Below are positions 7,903-16,553 of a stretch of 18,641 nucleotides of DNA, piece after piece; the stretch's first letter is position 1, and the number at the start of each line of letters is the position of its first letter. The translations under genes and the position numbers were made by a program. Source of the stretch: Candidatus Rokuibacteriota bacterium (GTDB lineage Bacteria; Methylomirabilota; Methylomirabilia; Rokubacteriales; DASRDR01). The notes below the pieces were generated by a model. That model was not told the origin of the DNA, ran no database searches, and worked only from the letters and a program-made list of their open reading frames with translations. Where the stretch lies: contig JBIOTN010000240.1 of assembly GCA_044866005.1 (NCBI GenBank), forward strand, positions 1 through 18,641, read 5' to 3'.

Positions 7903-8788
7903 GGGGGGGAAGGGGAAAGCGGGCGGCAAGGGGAAGGCCAAGGCCGAGCCCGGGGGCAAGCCCGCGGCCAAGGCGCCGGCCGCGGCCGGCGGCAAGGCCG
8001 AGGCCAAGGCGCCGGCGGGCGCCCCGCGCCGGCCCGAGCCCAAGGGGGCGCCCGTCGCGGCGGGCAAGGCCGAGCCCAGGGCACCGGCGGCCGTCGCGAC
8101 CGGCGGCGAGGCGCGACTGATCAACTTCCCGCGCGACGGGACGAAAGTCTCCGCCTACCTGGCGCGGCCGGCGGGCGCCGGTCCGCACCCGGCCCTGATC
8201 GTGGTCCAGGAGTGGTGGGGCCTGAACGAGCACATCAAGGACGTGACGCGGCGGTTGGCGGCGGAAGGCTACGTGGGGCTGGCGCCCGATCTCTACCACG
8301 GGCGTGTCACCGACGACCCGACGCTCGCCGGCAAGCTCATGAGCGGGCTGTCGAAGGACGAAGGGATCAAGGACCTTCAGGCCGCGGTCGCATACCTCAA
8401 GGCGCAGCCCTTCGTGAAGAGCGACCGGATCGGCGTCATCGGCTTCTGCATGGGCGGCTCGTACGCGCTCCTGCTCCCCTGCCGCTCGAAGGAGATCCGG
8501 GCCGCCGCGCCCTTCTACGGCGAGGTGCCGGACGAGAAGACGCTCGCCAACCTCGCCTGCCCCGTCTTCTACGTCTACGGCGACCAGGATTTCTGGATCA
8601 CGCCGGTGGACGTCAAGCGGCTCCAGGACGCGTTGAAGAAGTTCAACAAGCCGGGGGAGGTGAAGACCTACGAGGGGGCGCCGCACGCGTTCTTCAACGA
8701 CACGCGGAAAGACGTCTATCGGCCGAAGGAGGCGCAGGACGTCTGGAAGCGGACCCTCGACTTCTTCGGCCGGCACCTGAGGGCCTAG
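7883..8788 (+). CDS. Dienelactone hydrolase family protein with a ~75-aa basic low-complexity N-terminal extension
   Basis: QEWWGLN, APDLY, nucleophile motif GFCMGG, GDQD, HAFFND. Strong RBS GGAGGAGGGG just before ATG 7883. Confidence 0.92.
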   Translation: MAKGKAEGGKGKAGGKGKAKAEPGGKPAAKAPAAAGGKAEAKAPAGAPRRPEPKGAPVAAGKAEPRAPAAVATGGEARLINFPRDGTKVSAYLARPAGAGPHPALIVVQEWWGLNEHIKDVTRRLAAEGYVGLAPDLYHGRVTDDPTLAGKLMSGLSKDEGIKDLQAAVAYLKAQPFVKSDRIGVIGFCMGGSYALLLPCRSKEIRAAAPFYGEVPDEKTLANLACPVFYVYGDQDFWITPVDVKRLQDALKKFNKPGEVKTYEGAPHAFFNDTRKDVYRPKEAQDVWKRTLDFFGRHLRA

Positions 8789-8805
8789 GGAGGGACCCGT
8801 CCGAG

Positions 8806-8879
8806 CGGCGGCTCTGCCGCCGGCGTACCCAGCCCTCAGAGGGGGAGGAGTCGGAGGGGGCCGTGGAGGTCCCCTCCGA
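8806..8879. repeat. GC-rich hairpin cluster between convergent genes (REP-like or terminator-like)
   Basis: CGGCGGC-TCT-GCCGCCG (8806-8822) and TCGGAGGGGGCC-GTGGA-GGTCCCCTCCGA (8851-8879; 12-bp stem with one G.T). No U-tract on either strand. Confidence 0.6.
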
Positions 8880-8884
8880 GGATC

Positions 8885-9349
8885 TCAGCCGGAGGCCCCG
8901 GCCGCCGCGGCGGCCTTCTGGGCCTTCTTGGCCGCCTTGCCCCGGGGCGTCTCGCCCCTCTTCCCCTTCGCCTTTTTCTCCTTCGGCGCCTCGGGCCGGT
9001 CCACGAGCTCGAGGATCGCCACGGGGGCGCCGTCACCCCGGCGGGTCCCCGTCGGGATGATCCGCGTGTAGCCGCCCCGCCGGTCGGCGTAGCGCGCGGC
9101 GACGGTGTCGAAGAGCTTGCGGACCACGGTCGTGTCCGGTACCAGGCTCAGCACCTGCCGCCGCGCGTGGAGATCCTCTCGCTTCGACAGCGTGACGACG
9201 TGGTCGGCGAGGGGCCGGAGCGCCTTGGCCTTGGCCGTGGTCGTGGTGATCCGCTCGTGCCGGAAGAGCGCCGTCAGGAGGTTCCGGAAGAGCGCCCACC
9301 GGTGGGCGGTGACCCGCCCGAGCTTCGTGCCGGCGCGCCTGTGCCTCAT
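8885..9349 (-). CDS. rplQ: 50S ribosomal protein L17 with a Lys/Ala-rich C-terminal tail
   Basis: MRHRRAGTKLGR, ERITTTTAKAK, GGYTRI, RRGDGAP; position directly after rpoA. Confidence 0.97.
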   Translation of the reverse strand: MRHRRAGTKLGRVTAHRWALFRNLLTALFRHERITTTTAKAKALRPLADHVVTLSKREDLHARRQVLSLVPDTTVVRKLFDTVAARYADRRGGYTRIIPTGTRRGDGAPVAILELVDRPEAPKEKKAKGKRGETPRGKAAKKAQKAAAAAGASG

Positions 9350-10113
9350 GACGGCTGGGGCGTCTCGCCGGGCGTGACGCGCTCACGGGGCGCGACGCGC
9401 TCGACCGGCCCCTCCTCGTCCTCTTCCTCCGCCCCGGCGGGGGTGAAGAGGTCGAAGTGGTCGCGCAGCAGCTTCGAAGCCCGGAGCAGCGCCTGGTCCG
9501 GCGGGATGCTGCCGTTCGTCCAGATCTCGACCACGAGCTTCTCGTAGTCGGTGATCTTGCCGAGCCGGGACATCTCCACCGTGTAGTTGACCCGCTGGAT
9601 GGGGGAGAACGCCGCGTCGAGCGCGAACGCGCCGGTCGGCGCGGGCTCCGCATGCCGGTCGGCGGAGACGTAGCCGCGGCCCGTGCGGAAGCCGACCTCG
9701 AGCCCGAGGCGGCCGCCGGTCTCGACGGTGCAGAGCGTGAGCTCGGGGTTCAGCACCTCGAGCGCCCCGCCGGCCAGATCCCCCGCCGTCACGGTCTTCG
9801 GGCCGGCGACCTCCACCCGCGCCGTGGTCGGCTTGTCGTCGGGGAGCGTCACGGTCACCTTTTTCAGATTCAGCAGCAGCTCGGCCAGGGTCTCCTGGAC
9901 GCCCGGCACGCGACCGCCGTTGGCGCTGGCGCCCTGGACCTTCGCCCAGACCGCCGCGGCGCCCGGGATGACCGAGAGCAGCACGCGGCGGAACGAGTTG
10001 CCGACGGTGAGGGCGTACCCTTTCTCGAACGGCTCGGCGGCCATCCGACCGAAGCGGGGGCCGAGCTCCTCCCACTCGATCCTGCGCGGGCGCTGGAACA
10101 TCAGGCGTGGCAT
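9346..10113 (-). CDS. rpoA: RNA polymerase subunit alpha, 255 aa, N-terminal domain only (no alpha-CTD)
   Basis: EPFEKGYALTVGNSFRRVLLS, LLNLK, GRGYV, DAAFSPIQRVNYTVE, TDYEKLVVEIWTNGSI. Lies between rpsD and rplQ. ATG 10113 is 8 nt after the rpsD stop; the stop overlaps the rplQ start (ATGA). Confidence 0.93.
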   Translation of the reverse strand: MPRLMFQRPRRIEWEELGPRFGRMAAEPFEKGYALTVGNSFRRVLLSVIPGAAAVWAKVQGASANGGRVPGVQETLAELLLNLKKVTVTLPDDKPTTARVEVAGPKTVTAGDLAGGALEVLNPELTLCTVETGGRLGLEVGFRTGRGYVSADRHAEPAPTGAFALDAAFSPIQRVNYTVEMSRLGKITDYEKLVVEIWTNGSIPPDQALLRASKLLRDHFDLFTPAGAEEEDEEGPVERVAPRERVTPGETPQPS

Positions 10114-10121
10114 CGGGGCCC

Positions 10122-10745
10122 CTACTTCGAGTACAGCTCGATGATGAGCTGCTCCTGGACCGGGATCTGGATGTCCTCGCGGAGCGGCAGGCTCCGCACG
10201 ACGCCGCGCTTGTCGGGCGCGGCGAGCTCGAGCCACTGCGGGACCTGGCCGCGTCCGGCGGAGAGGTTCTCCGCCACCCGCTCCTGGAGCGACGAGGTCG
10301 GGCGGAGCTGGATCTGGTCCCCTGCCTTGACCAGGAAGGAGGGCAGCGAGACCTTCCGCCCGTTCACCTGGACGTGGCCGTGGCCCACGATCTGCCGCGC
10401 CTCGGCGCGCGAGGCGGCGAACCCGAGGCGGAACACGACGTTGTCGAGCCGCCGCTCGAGGAGCCGGAGCAGGTTCTCGCCGGTCACGCCCTTCTCGCGC
10501 TCCGCCCGCGCGAAGTAGCGGCGGAACTGACCCTCCAGCAGCCCGTAGATCCGCTTGGCCTTCTGTTTCTCTCGGAGCTGCTGTCCGTACGGCGACTGCT
10601 TGGAGCGGCCGAGACCGTGCTGCCCCGGGGGATAGTTGCGCCGCTCGATCGCGCACTTCTCGGTGAAGCAGCGCGACCCCTTCAGGAAGAGCTTCAGCCC
10701 TTCCCGACGGCAGAGCCGACAGACCGCACCCGTATACCTCGCCAC
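10122..10745 (-). CDS. rpsD: 30S ribosomal protein S4 (Cys-containing, zinc-binding type)
   Basis: [16 protein letters not shown]...C....[33 protein letters not shown] start with AAGAGGAG RBS. Confidence 0.98.
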   Translation of the reverse strand: MARYTGAVCRLCRREGLKLFLKGSRCFTEKCAIERRNYPPGQHGLGRSKQSPYGQQLREKQKAKRIYGLLEGQFRRYFARAEREKGVTGENLLRLLERRLDNVVFRLGFAASRAEARQIVGHGHVQVNGRKVSLPSFLVKAGDQIQLRPTSSLQERVAENLSAGRGQVPQWLELAAPDKRGVVRSLPLREDIQIPVQEQLIIELYSK

Positions 10746-10783
10746 GATTAACTCCTCTTGTTCAGGTTCTCGTGCTGTTCCGC

Positions 10784-10962
10784 GCGCCGGGGCGAGAAGC
10801 GAGCAGCCCCAGGACGCAGGGAGGAGGCGGCCCGAGGCGTACGCGGTTGTACGTCGAGGGCGCCCGACGACCCCAGAGGCCGGGACGGCCGCGCGGCCGT
10901 AGGCCGAGCGCGTCCCGGCCGTGATCCAGGACGCCGGGATGCGACGCTTATCGCCACGGCGC
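10784..10962 (+). repeat. ~180-bp branched fold-back element (MITE/REP-like) between rpsK and rpsD
   Basis: Imperfect terminal inverted repeats (10784-10809 with 10936-10962) enclose two internal hairpins (10819-10872 and 10878-10920). Mismatches are predominantly G.A on the + strand. Confidence 0.7.
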
Positions 10963-11372
10963 TAGACCCGGCGGCGCTTGGGGGGCCGGCACCCATCGTG
11001 CGGGATGGGAGTCACGTCGCGGATGGCCGTGATCTCCAGCCCCACCGCCTGGAGCGAGCGGATCGCCGCCTCGCGCCCCGCGCCCGGGCCCTTCACGAAC
11101 ACCTCGACCTGCTTGAGGCCGATCTCCATCGCCTTGCGGGCGGCGTTCTCGGCGGCCATCTGCGCCGCGAAGGGGGTGCTCTTGCGGGACCCCTTGAAGC
11201 CCACGCTTCCCGCGCTCGCCCAGGTGACCACCCCGCCCATCTTGTCGGTGATGGTGACGATGGTGTTGTTGAAGGTGGCCTGCACGTGGGCGATGCCCGT
11301 GCGGACCTCCTTGCGCTCCTTCTTCTTGCCGCCCTTCTTGCGCGGCTTCGGTGCGGGCGCCGCTTCGGCCAT
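10962..11372 (-). CDS. rpsK: 30S ribosomal protein S11
   Basis: [51 protein letters not shown]. Confidence 0.98.
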   Translation of the reverse strand: MAEAAPAPKPRKKGGKKKERKEVRTGIAHVQATFNNTIVTITDKMGGVVTWASAGSVGFKGSRKSTPFAAQMAAENAARKAMEIGLKQVEVFVKGPGAGREAAIRSLQAVGLEITAIRDVTPIPHDGCRPPKRRRV

Positions 11373-11424
11373 GCCTGACCTCGCCTTTCCCCTTCGTCAA
11401 AACCCGGCTGGCGTTCGCCGGGCG

Positions 11425-11826
11425 CTAGGCTTTTCCGGTCGTCGGGTTCTTCGCCGCCGTCTTCCGTCGGATCCCCACGCCACGCCGGGGACCCTTCCGC
11501 GTCCGCGCGTTGGTGTGAGTCCGCTGGCCGCGCACGGGCAACCCCTTGCGGTGCCGGATCCCGCGATAGCTGCTGATGTCCATCAACCGCTTGATGTTGA
11601 CGGAGACCTCGCGGCGGAGATCGCCTTCGACGCGGAACTCGCGCTCGATGATCTCCCGCAGGCGGGCGATCTCGTCCTCGGTCCACTCCTTCACCCGGCG
11701 GTTCAGGTCCACCCCGGCGTGGGTGAGGATCCGGCGCGCCGAGGGGCGGCCGATCCCGTAGATGTACGTGAGCGCGACCTCGCCCCGCTTGTCCCGCGGC
11801 AAGTCCACTCCGGCGACGCGTGCCAT
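11425..11826 (-). CDS. rpsM: 30S ribosomal protein S13
   Basis: [51 protein letters not shown]. Confidence 0.98.
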   Translation of the reverse strand: MARVAGVDLPRDKRGEVALTYIYGIGRPSARRILTHAGVDLNRRVKEWTEDEIARLREIIEREFRVEGDLRREVSVNIKRLMDISSYRGIRHRKGLPVRGQRTHTNARTRKGPRRGVGIRRKTAAKNPTTGKA

Positions 11827-11836
11827 AGCGCTCTCC

Positions 11837-11950
11837 TCAGCCCTGACGCTGCTTGTGGCGCGGATTGGAGCAGATGATCCGGACGACGCCCTTGCGGCGG
11901 ATCACCTTGCACTTCTCGCAGCGCGCCTTGATCGACGGCCTGACCTTCAT
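11837..11950 (-). CDS. rpmJ: 50S ribosomal protein L36 (37 aa; not in the ORF track)
   Basis: Manual translation [37 protein letters not shown], with CxxC...C....H zinc ligands; lies between infA and rpsM. Confidence 0.97.
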   Translation of the reverse strand: MKVRPSIKARCEKCKVIRRKGVVRIICSNPRHKQRQG

Positions 11951-11999
11951 GCCTGCCTCGCCTGTGCGCCACGCCGAGAACCGGTTATCGGCACGGCAC

Positions 12000-12263
12000 T
12001 CACTTGAACCGGTACGTGATCCGCCCCCGCGTCAGGTCGTACGCGCTGAGCTCGACCTTCACGCGGTCGCCGGGCAGGATCCGGATGAAATTCATGCGCA
12101 TCTTGCCGGAGACGTGGGCCAGCACCCGATGACCGTTGTCCAGCTCGACGCGGAACATGGCGTTCGGCAGCGGCTCCACGACCGTCCCCTCCACCTCGAT
12201 CGCGTCGTCCTTGGGCTTCTTCCCGCGCGCCTCTTCCGGCATCTGTCCGCGGCGACGTGCCAT
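12000..12263 (-). CDS. infA: Translation initiation factor IF-1 with a short N-terminal extension
   Basis: [54 protein letters not shown] 12263 overlaps the map stop (TGATG) and has a GGGAGG RBS; alternative ATG at 12242. Confidence 0.95.
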   Translation of the reverse strand: MARRRGQMPEEARGKKPKDDAIEVEGTVVEPLPNAMFRVELDNGHRVLAHVSGKMRMNFIRILPGDRVKVELSAYDLTRGRITYRFK

Positions 12264-13018
12264 CAGGCGGCCTCCCGGGTCAGCACGTCGGGTCCAGCCT
12301 CGGTGATCGCCACCGTGTGCTCGAAGTGCGCCGCCAGGCTGCCGTCCTCCGTCACCGCCGTCCAGCGGTCGGGGAGGACGCGCACTTCCCAGTGGCCCAT
12401 CGTCACCATGGGCTCGATGGCGAGCACCATGCCGGTCCGGAGCACCGGGCCTTTGCCCGGCTCGCCGAAGTTCGGCACCTGGGGATCCTCGTGCAGCTCT
12501 CGTCCGATTCCGTGCCCGACGAAGGCGCGGACGATCCCGAAGCCCGCCCCTTCGACGTGCCGCTGCACCGCGGCGGAGATGTCGCCCAGCCGGTTCCCCG
12601 GCCGGGCCTTCGCGATCGCGACGTCGAGGGCGTCGCGGGTGACGGCGAGGAGTCGCTGGACGTCGGCCGGGATCTCCCCCACCGGGATCGTGACCGCCGC
12701 GTCGGCATAGTAGCCCTCGACGATGGCGCCCAGGTCGAGCCCCACGATGTCGCCTTCCTTGAGCCGCCGGTGCGCGGCCGGGATCCCGTGGACGACCTCC
12801 TCGTTGATCGACACGCAGATGGTCGCGGGAAAGCCTCGATAGCCCTTGAAGGCCGGCCGCGCCCCCAGCTTCCGGATGAGCGCCTCGACCTCGGTGTCGA
12901 GCTCGAGCGTGGAGACCCCGGGCTTGGCGAGGTCGCGGCAGACGCGCATGGCGGCCACCAGCACCTGACCGGCCTGGCGCATCAGCGCGATCTCGCGGGC
13001 GGATTTCAGCACGATCAC
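12263..13018 (-). CDS. map: Methionine aminopeptidase type I
   Basis: [16 protein letters not shown]...[31 protein letters not shown] start overlaps the adk stop. Confidence 0.97.
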   Translation of the reverse strand: MIVLKSAREIALMRQAGQVLVAAMRVCRDLAKPGVSTLELDTEVEALIRKLGARPAFKGYRGFPATICVSINEEVVHGIPAAHRRLKEGDIVGLDLGAIVEGYYADAAVTIPVGEIPADVQRLLAVTRDALDVAIAKARPGNRLGDISAAVQRHVEGAGFGIVRAFVGHGIGRELHEDPQVPNFGEPGKGPVLRTGMVLAIEPMVTMGHWEVRVLPDRWTAVTEDGSLAAHFEHTVAITEAGPDVLTREAA

Positions 13019-13665
13019 CGCCCGCCCTCGGTGGCGCCGAGCACCGCGTCGAAGACCTCGTCCACCGTTCGGTCGGCCGCGATCCGCTCCACGAGCCCCC
13101 GCTGGCGGTAGTACTCGACGAGGGGCTGCGTGTCCCGCTCGTAGACGGCGAGCCGCCGCCGTACCGTCGCCTCTTCGTCGTCGGTCCGCTGGGTGAGCGG
13201 ACCGCCGCAGGCGTCGCAGACGCCGGGGTGCGCGGGCGGCGAGAAACGGACGTGATAGGTGTGGCCACACGCCGGGCAGACGCGCCGGCCGGTCATGCGC
13301 TCGACGAGCGCCGCCTCCGGCACGTCGAAGAGGACGACGCGGTCGAGCGCGAGATGGCGCTCCTCGAGGAGCCGGTCGAGCGCCCGCGCCTGCGCCAGGG
13401 TGCGGGGGAAGCCGTCCAGCACGAACCCCTTCCGCGCCTCCGGCCGCGCGAGCGTGTCGGCCACCAGGCCGATGATGACGTCGTCCGGCACGAGCTCCCC
13501 CGCGTCGTAGTGGCGCTTGGCGCGACGGCCCAGCTCGGTGCCCGCCGCCATCGCCTCGCGGATCATGTCGCCCGTCGCGACCTGCGGCACCCCCCACCGG
13601 GCGGCCGCGAGCCGCGCCTGCGTCCCCTTGCCCGCGCCCGGCGGCCCGAGAAAGACCACCCGCAC
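13015..13665 (-). CDS. adk: Adenylate kinase with zinc-type LID
   Basis: [35 protein letters not shown]...CDAC, QRTDD. GTG start at 13665. Confidence 0.97.
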   Translation of the reverse strand: MRVVFLGPPGAGKGTQARLAAARWGVPQVATGDMIREAMAAGTELGRRAKRHYDAGELVPDDVIIGLVADTLARPEARKGFVLDGFPRTLAQARALDRLLEERHLALDRVVLFDVPEAALVERMTGRRVCPACGHTYHVRFSPPAHPGVCDACGGPLTQRTDDEEATVRRRLAVYERDTQPLVEYYRQRGLVERIAADRTVDEVFDAVLGATEGGR

Positions 13666-13670
13666 GGCGC

Positions 13671-14996
13671 TCAGGCCCTCACCTTCTGCCGCCGCCGCAG
13701 GAACCCCTCGTAGTGCCGCATCAGGAGGTGCGACTCCATCTGCCGGACGGTGTCGAGGGCGACGCCGACCACGATCAGGAGGCTCGTGCCCCCGAAGTAG
13801 AACGGGACGTTGAAGAGGCGGATCAGGAAGTCCGGCAGGACCGAGATCAGCGCGAGGAAGATGGCGCCGGGCAGCGTGATGCGCGTGAGGGTGCGGTCGA
13901 TGAACTCGGCCGTCTTCTTGCCGGGGCGGACGCCCGGGATGAACCCGCCGTACTTCTTCATGTTGTCCGCCAGGTCGTTGGGGTTGAAGACGATGGCGGT
14001 GTAGAAGTACGTGAAGAAGATGATGAACCCCATGTAGAGGAGGTAGTACAGGCCGTGCCGCGGGAGCGGCCCGGGCGACAGGGCGTCGGAGACGGCCTGC
14101 ATCCACCACGTCGGCACGAACCGCGCCAGCGTGGCCGGGAAGAGGATGATCGACGACGCGAAGATGACGGGGATGACGCCGGCGGTGTTGATCCGGAGCG
14201 GGATGTGGGTGGACTGCCCACCGTAGACCCGGCGGCCGACCACGCGCTTGGCGTACTGGACGGGGATCTTCCGCTGGCCCTCCTGCATGAAGACGACCGC
14301 CGCGGTCACCGCCACCATCAGCGCCAGCACGAACACCACGACCAGCGGCTTCATCTCGCCCGTGCTCAAGAGCGTGTAGGTGCCGGCGAGCGCCGACGGG
14401 ATCCGCACCACGATCCCGGCGAAGATGATGAGCGAGATCCCGTTGCCGATGCCCTTCTCCGAGATCTGCTCGCCGAGCCACATGATGAGCGCGGTGCCGG
14501 CGGTGAGCGTCATCATCGTGAGGAGCCGGAAGCCCCAGCCCGGGAACGGGACGAGCGTCACCCCGGACGGGTCGTTCATGCTCTCCAGGCCGATGGCGAT
14601 GAAGATCGACTGGAACGCCGAGAGGACGATGGTCCCGTAGCGCGTGTACTGGGTGATCTTCTTGCGTCCGGCCTCGCCTTCCTTGGCCAGCCGCTCGAGG
14701 GCCGGGATCACGACCGTGAGGAGCTGCAGGATGATGGAGGCCGAGATGTAGGGCATGATCCCGAGCGCGAAGACGGTCAGGCGGCGGAGGTTCCCGCCGG
14801 AGAAGAGGTCCACCAGCCCGAGCAGGGTGCCCTGGAGCTGGTCGAACAGCCGCGCCAGCGCCTCGCTGTCGACCCCCGGCGTGGGCACGTGCGCGCCCAG
14901 CCGGTAGGCCGCCAGAAATCCCGCCGTCACGAGCAGCCGGCGCTTGAGCTCGGGGATCTTCGTGACGTTCTGGAGGTTTCGGAGAATCTCGATCAC
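13671..14996 (-). CDS. secY: Preprotein translocase subunit SecY
   Basis: [66 protein letters not shown]. Confidence 0.98.
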   Translation of the reverse strand: MIEILRNLQNVTKIPELKRRLLVTAGFLAAYRLGAHVPTPGVDSEALARLFDQLQGTLLGLVDLFSGGNLRRLTVFALGIMPYISASIILQLLTVVIPALERLAKEGEAGRKKITQYTRYGTIVLSAFQSIFIAIGLESMNDPSGVTLVPFPGWGFRLLTMMTLTAGTALIMWLGEQISEKGIGNGISLIIFAGIVVRIPSALAGTYTLLSTGEMKPLVVVFVLALMVAVTAAVVFMQEGQRKIPVQYAKRVVGRRVYGGQSTHIPLRINTAGVIPVIFASSIILFPATLARFVPTWWMQAVSDALSPGPLPRHGLYYLLYMGFIIFFTYFYTAIVFNPNDLADNMKKYGGFIPGVRPGKKTAEFIDRTLTRITLPGAIFLALISVLPDFLIRLFNVPFYFGGTSLLIVVGVALDTVRQMESHLLMRHYEGFLRRRQKVRA

Positions 14997-15448
14997 GCCG
15001 GGATCACCTCCACCCGCCCGCCCGCGGCCTGGATCTTCTCGGCCGCGCTCTTGGAGAACGCGTGCGCGCGCACCGTCAGCGGTTGTCCGGCGCGGAGCTC
15101 GCCGTCGGCGAGGACCTTGACCAGCCGGCCTTCGCCCTTGAGGAGGCCGGCCTGGGCGAGCGTCTCCGGCGTCACCTCGCCGCCCTGCGGGAACCGGCGC
15201 GCCAGGTCGGCCACGTTGACCACCGCGAACTCGCGCCGGAACCGGTTACGGAACCCCCGTTTGGGGATGCGCCGGTAGAGCGGCATCTGCCCGCCCTCGA
15301 ACCCGGGCTCCTTGCCGCCGCCGGAGCGCGCCTTGTGGCCCTTGTGGCCGCGGGTCGAGGTCTTGCCGTGACCGGATCCCGGCCCGCGCCCCACCCGCTT
15401 GCGCGGCTTGCGGGCGCCACGGGCCGGACGGAGATCTCCGAGCTTCAT
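14993..15448 (-). CDS. rplO: 50S ribosomal protein L15
   Basis: [52 protein letters not shown]. Confidence 0.98.
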   Translation of the reverse strand: MKLGDLRPARGARKPRKRVGRGPGSGHGKTSTRGHKGHKARSGGGKEPGFEGGQMPLYRRIPKRGFRNRFRREFAVVNVADLARRFPQGGEVTPETLAQAGLLKGEGRLVKVLADGELRAGQPLTVRAHAFSKSAAEKIQAAGGRVEVIPA

Positions 15449-15639
15449 CCCTCGGGCTCCTCTTCCACGCGCACGGCGTAGGGCACGCGGGCGAGCATCC
15501 CGCGGACGGCCGCCGTGTCGTCGTGCCGGACGGTGGCGCGAATCCGCCGGAGGCCCAGCGCGCGCAGGGTCCGGACGTGGTTCGGCTTGAGGCCGATCAG
15601 GCTCCGCGTCAACGTGACCTTAAGCTTCCTGCTTGGCAA
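15445..15639 (-). CDS. rpmD: 50S ribosomal protein L30
   Basis: [28 protein letters not shown]. Probable TTG start at 15639, 9 nt after GGAGGAGG, overlapping the end of rpsE. Confidence 0.92.
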   Translation of the reverse strand: MPSRKLKVTLTRSLIGLKPNHVRTLRALGLRRIRATVRHDDTAAVRGMLARVPYAVRVEEEPEG

Positions 15640-16153
15640 GCGCGGCCGCCTCCTCCGGCTCCTGGGCGGGCTTCCGGCGGAGCGCGTGAAGGTCCTGGAG
15701 CTTCCGCATCCGCCGAAGGGCATCGATCGTCGCCTTGAGCACGTTGTGCGGGTTGTGGGAGCCGAGCGTCTTCGTGAGGATGTCCTGGACCCCGGCGGCC
15801 TCCAGCACGGCGCGCACCGATCCGCCCGCGATGAGCCCGGTCCCCTGCGCGGCGGGCTTGAGGAACACGCGCCCCGATCCGTACCGGCCCGTGATCTCGC
15901 AGGGGACGGTGCTGTCCCGGAGCGGGACGTAGATGAGGTCCTTCTTCGCGTGCTCCACGGCCTTCCGGATCGCCTCGGGGACCTCGTGCGCCTTCCCCAG
16001 CCCGATGCCGACGTGGCCGCCGCCGTCGCCCACGACGACCAGGGCCGTGAAGGAGAACCGCCGACCGCCCTTCACGACCTTGGCCACGCGGTTGATGGCG
16101 ACCACCCGGTCCTTCAGCTCCAGCGAGCTCGGGTCTATGCGCGCTTCGGCCAT
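15620..16153 (-). CDS. rpsE: 30S ribosomal protein S5
   Basis: [53 protein letters not shown]. Confidence 0.98.
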   Translation of the reverse strand: MAEARIDPSSLELKDRVVAINRVAKVVKGGRRFSFTALVVVGDGGGHVGIGLGKAHEVPEAIRKAVEHAKKDLIYVPLRDSTVPCEITGRYGSGRVFLKPAAQGTGLIAGGSVRAVLEAAGVQDILTKTLGSHNPHNVLKATIDALRRMRKLQDLHALRRKPAQEPEEAAALAKQEA

Positions 16154-16178
16154 ATCCTCTCCTGTCTAGGCGCCCTGT

Positions 16179-16544
16179 TCAGAAGGACAGGCCGGCGGCG
16201 CGTGCCGCGTCCGCCAGGGCCTTCACCCGCCCGTGGTACTTGTAGCCGCCGCGGTCGAATACCACCGCGGCGATCCCCTTTTCCTTCGCCTTCCGCGCGA
16301 TCAGCTCCCCCACCGCCTTGGCCGCGGCGACGTTGCCGCCGGGCTTGGCCGCGGCGCGGAGCTCCTTCGACAGGCTCCCCGCGGCGGCCAGCGTGGCGCC
16401 GCGTTCGTCGTCGACGATCTGAGCGTAAATGTGGTTGACGCTGCGGAAGACCACGAGCCGCGGCCGCGATCCGCTGCCACGCACCACCTGGCGGATCCGC
16501 CGGTGGCGCATCGCCCGTCCCTCGACTTTGCTTTTCAGGCTCAT
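16179..16544 (-). CDS. rplR: 50S ribosomal protein L18
   Basis: [42 protein letters not shown]. Confidence 0.98.
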   Translation of the reverse strand: MSLKSKVEGRAMRHRRIRQVVRGSGSRPRLVVFRSVNHIYAQIVDDERGATLAAAGSLSKELRAAAKPGGNVAAAKAVGELIARKAKEKGIAAVVFDRGGYKYHGRVKALADAARAAGLSF

Positions 16545-16553
16545 CGCTCCGCC

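Noticed and set aside
7903..7933. G-quadruplex-like pattern (G7, G4, G3, G4) at the hydrolase 5' end
   Set aside because: Accounted for by Gly/Lys/Glu codons in the low-complexity tail; no independent support.
374..8776. Long antisense and alternate-frame ORFs (e.g. 374..1786 -, 2197..3813 -, 5300..6493 -, 6370..8124 -, 7829..8776 -)
   Set aside because: Shadow ORFs expected in high-GC DNA. They overlap well-supported genes and show no family motifs.
9346..9450. alpha-CTD hidden behind a frameshift or readthrough
   Set aside because: Only ~100 nt separate the NTD end from the rplQ start, too little for a ~70-80-aa domain in any frame.
10748..10996. 82-aa minus-strand ORF across the rpsK-rpsD spacer
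   Set aside because: Low-complexity translation overlapping the rpsK end. The region is better explained by the fold-back element.
832..14481. Apparent long N-terminal fusions in the ORF track (832..3057, 5123..6616, 9346..10656, 12000..13268, 12263..13597, 13015..14481)
   Set aside because: The upstream parts are Arg/Pro/Gly-rich off-frame readings of the preceding gene. Each real gene has its own start next to the previous stop.
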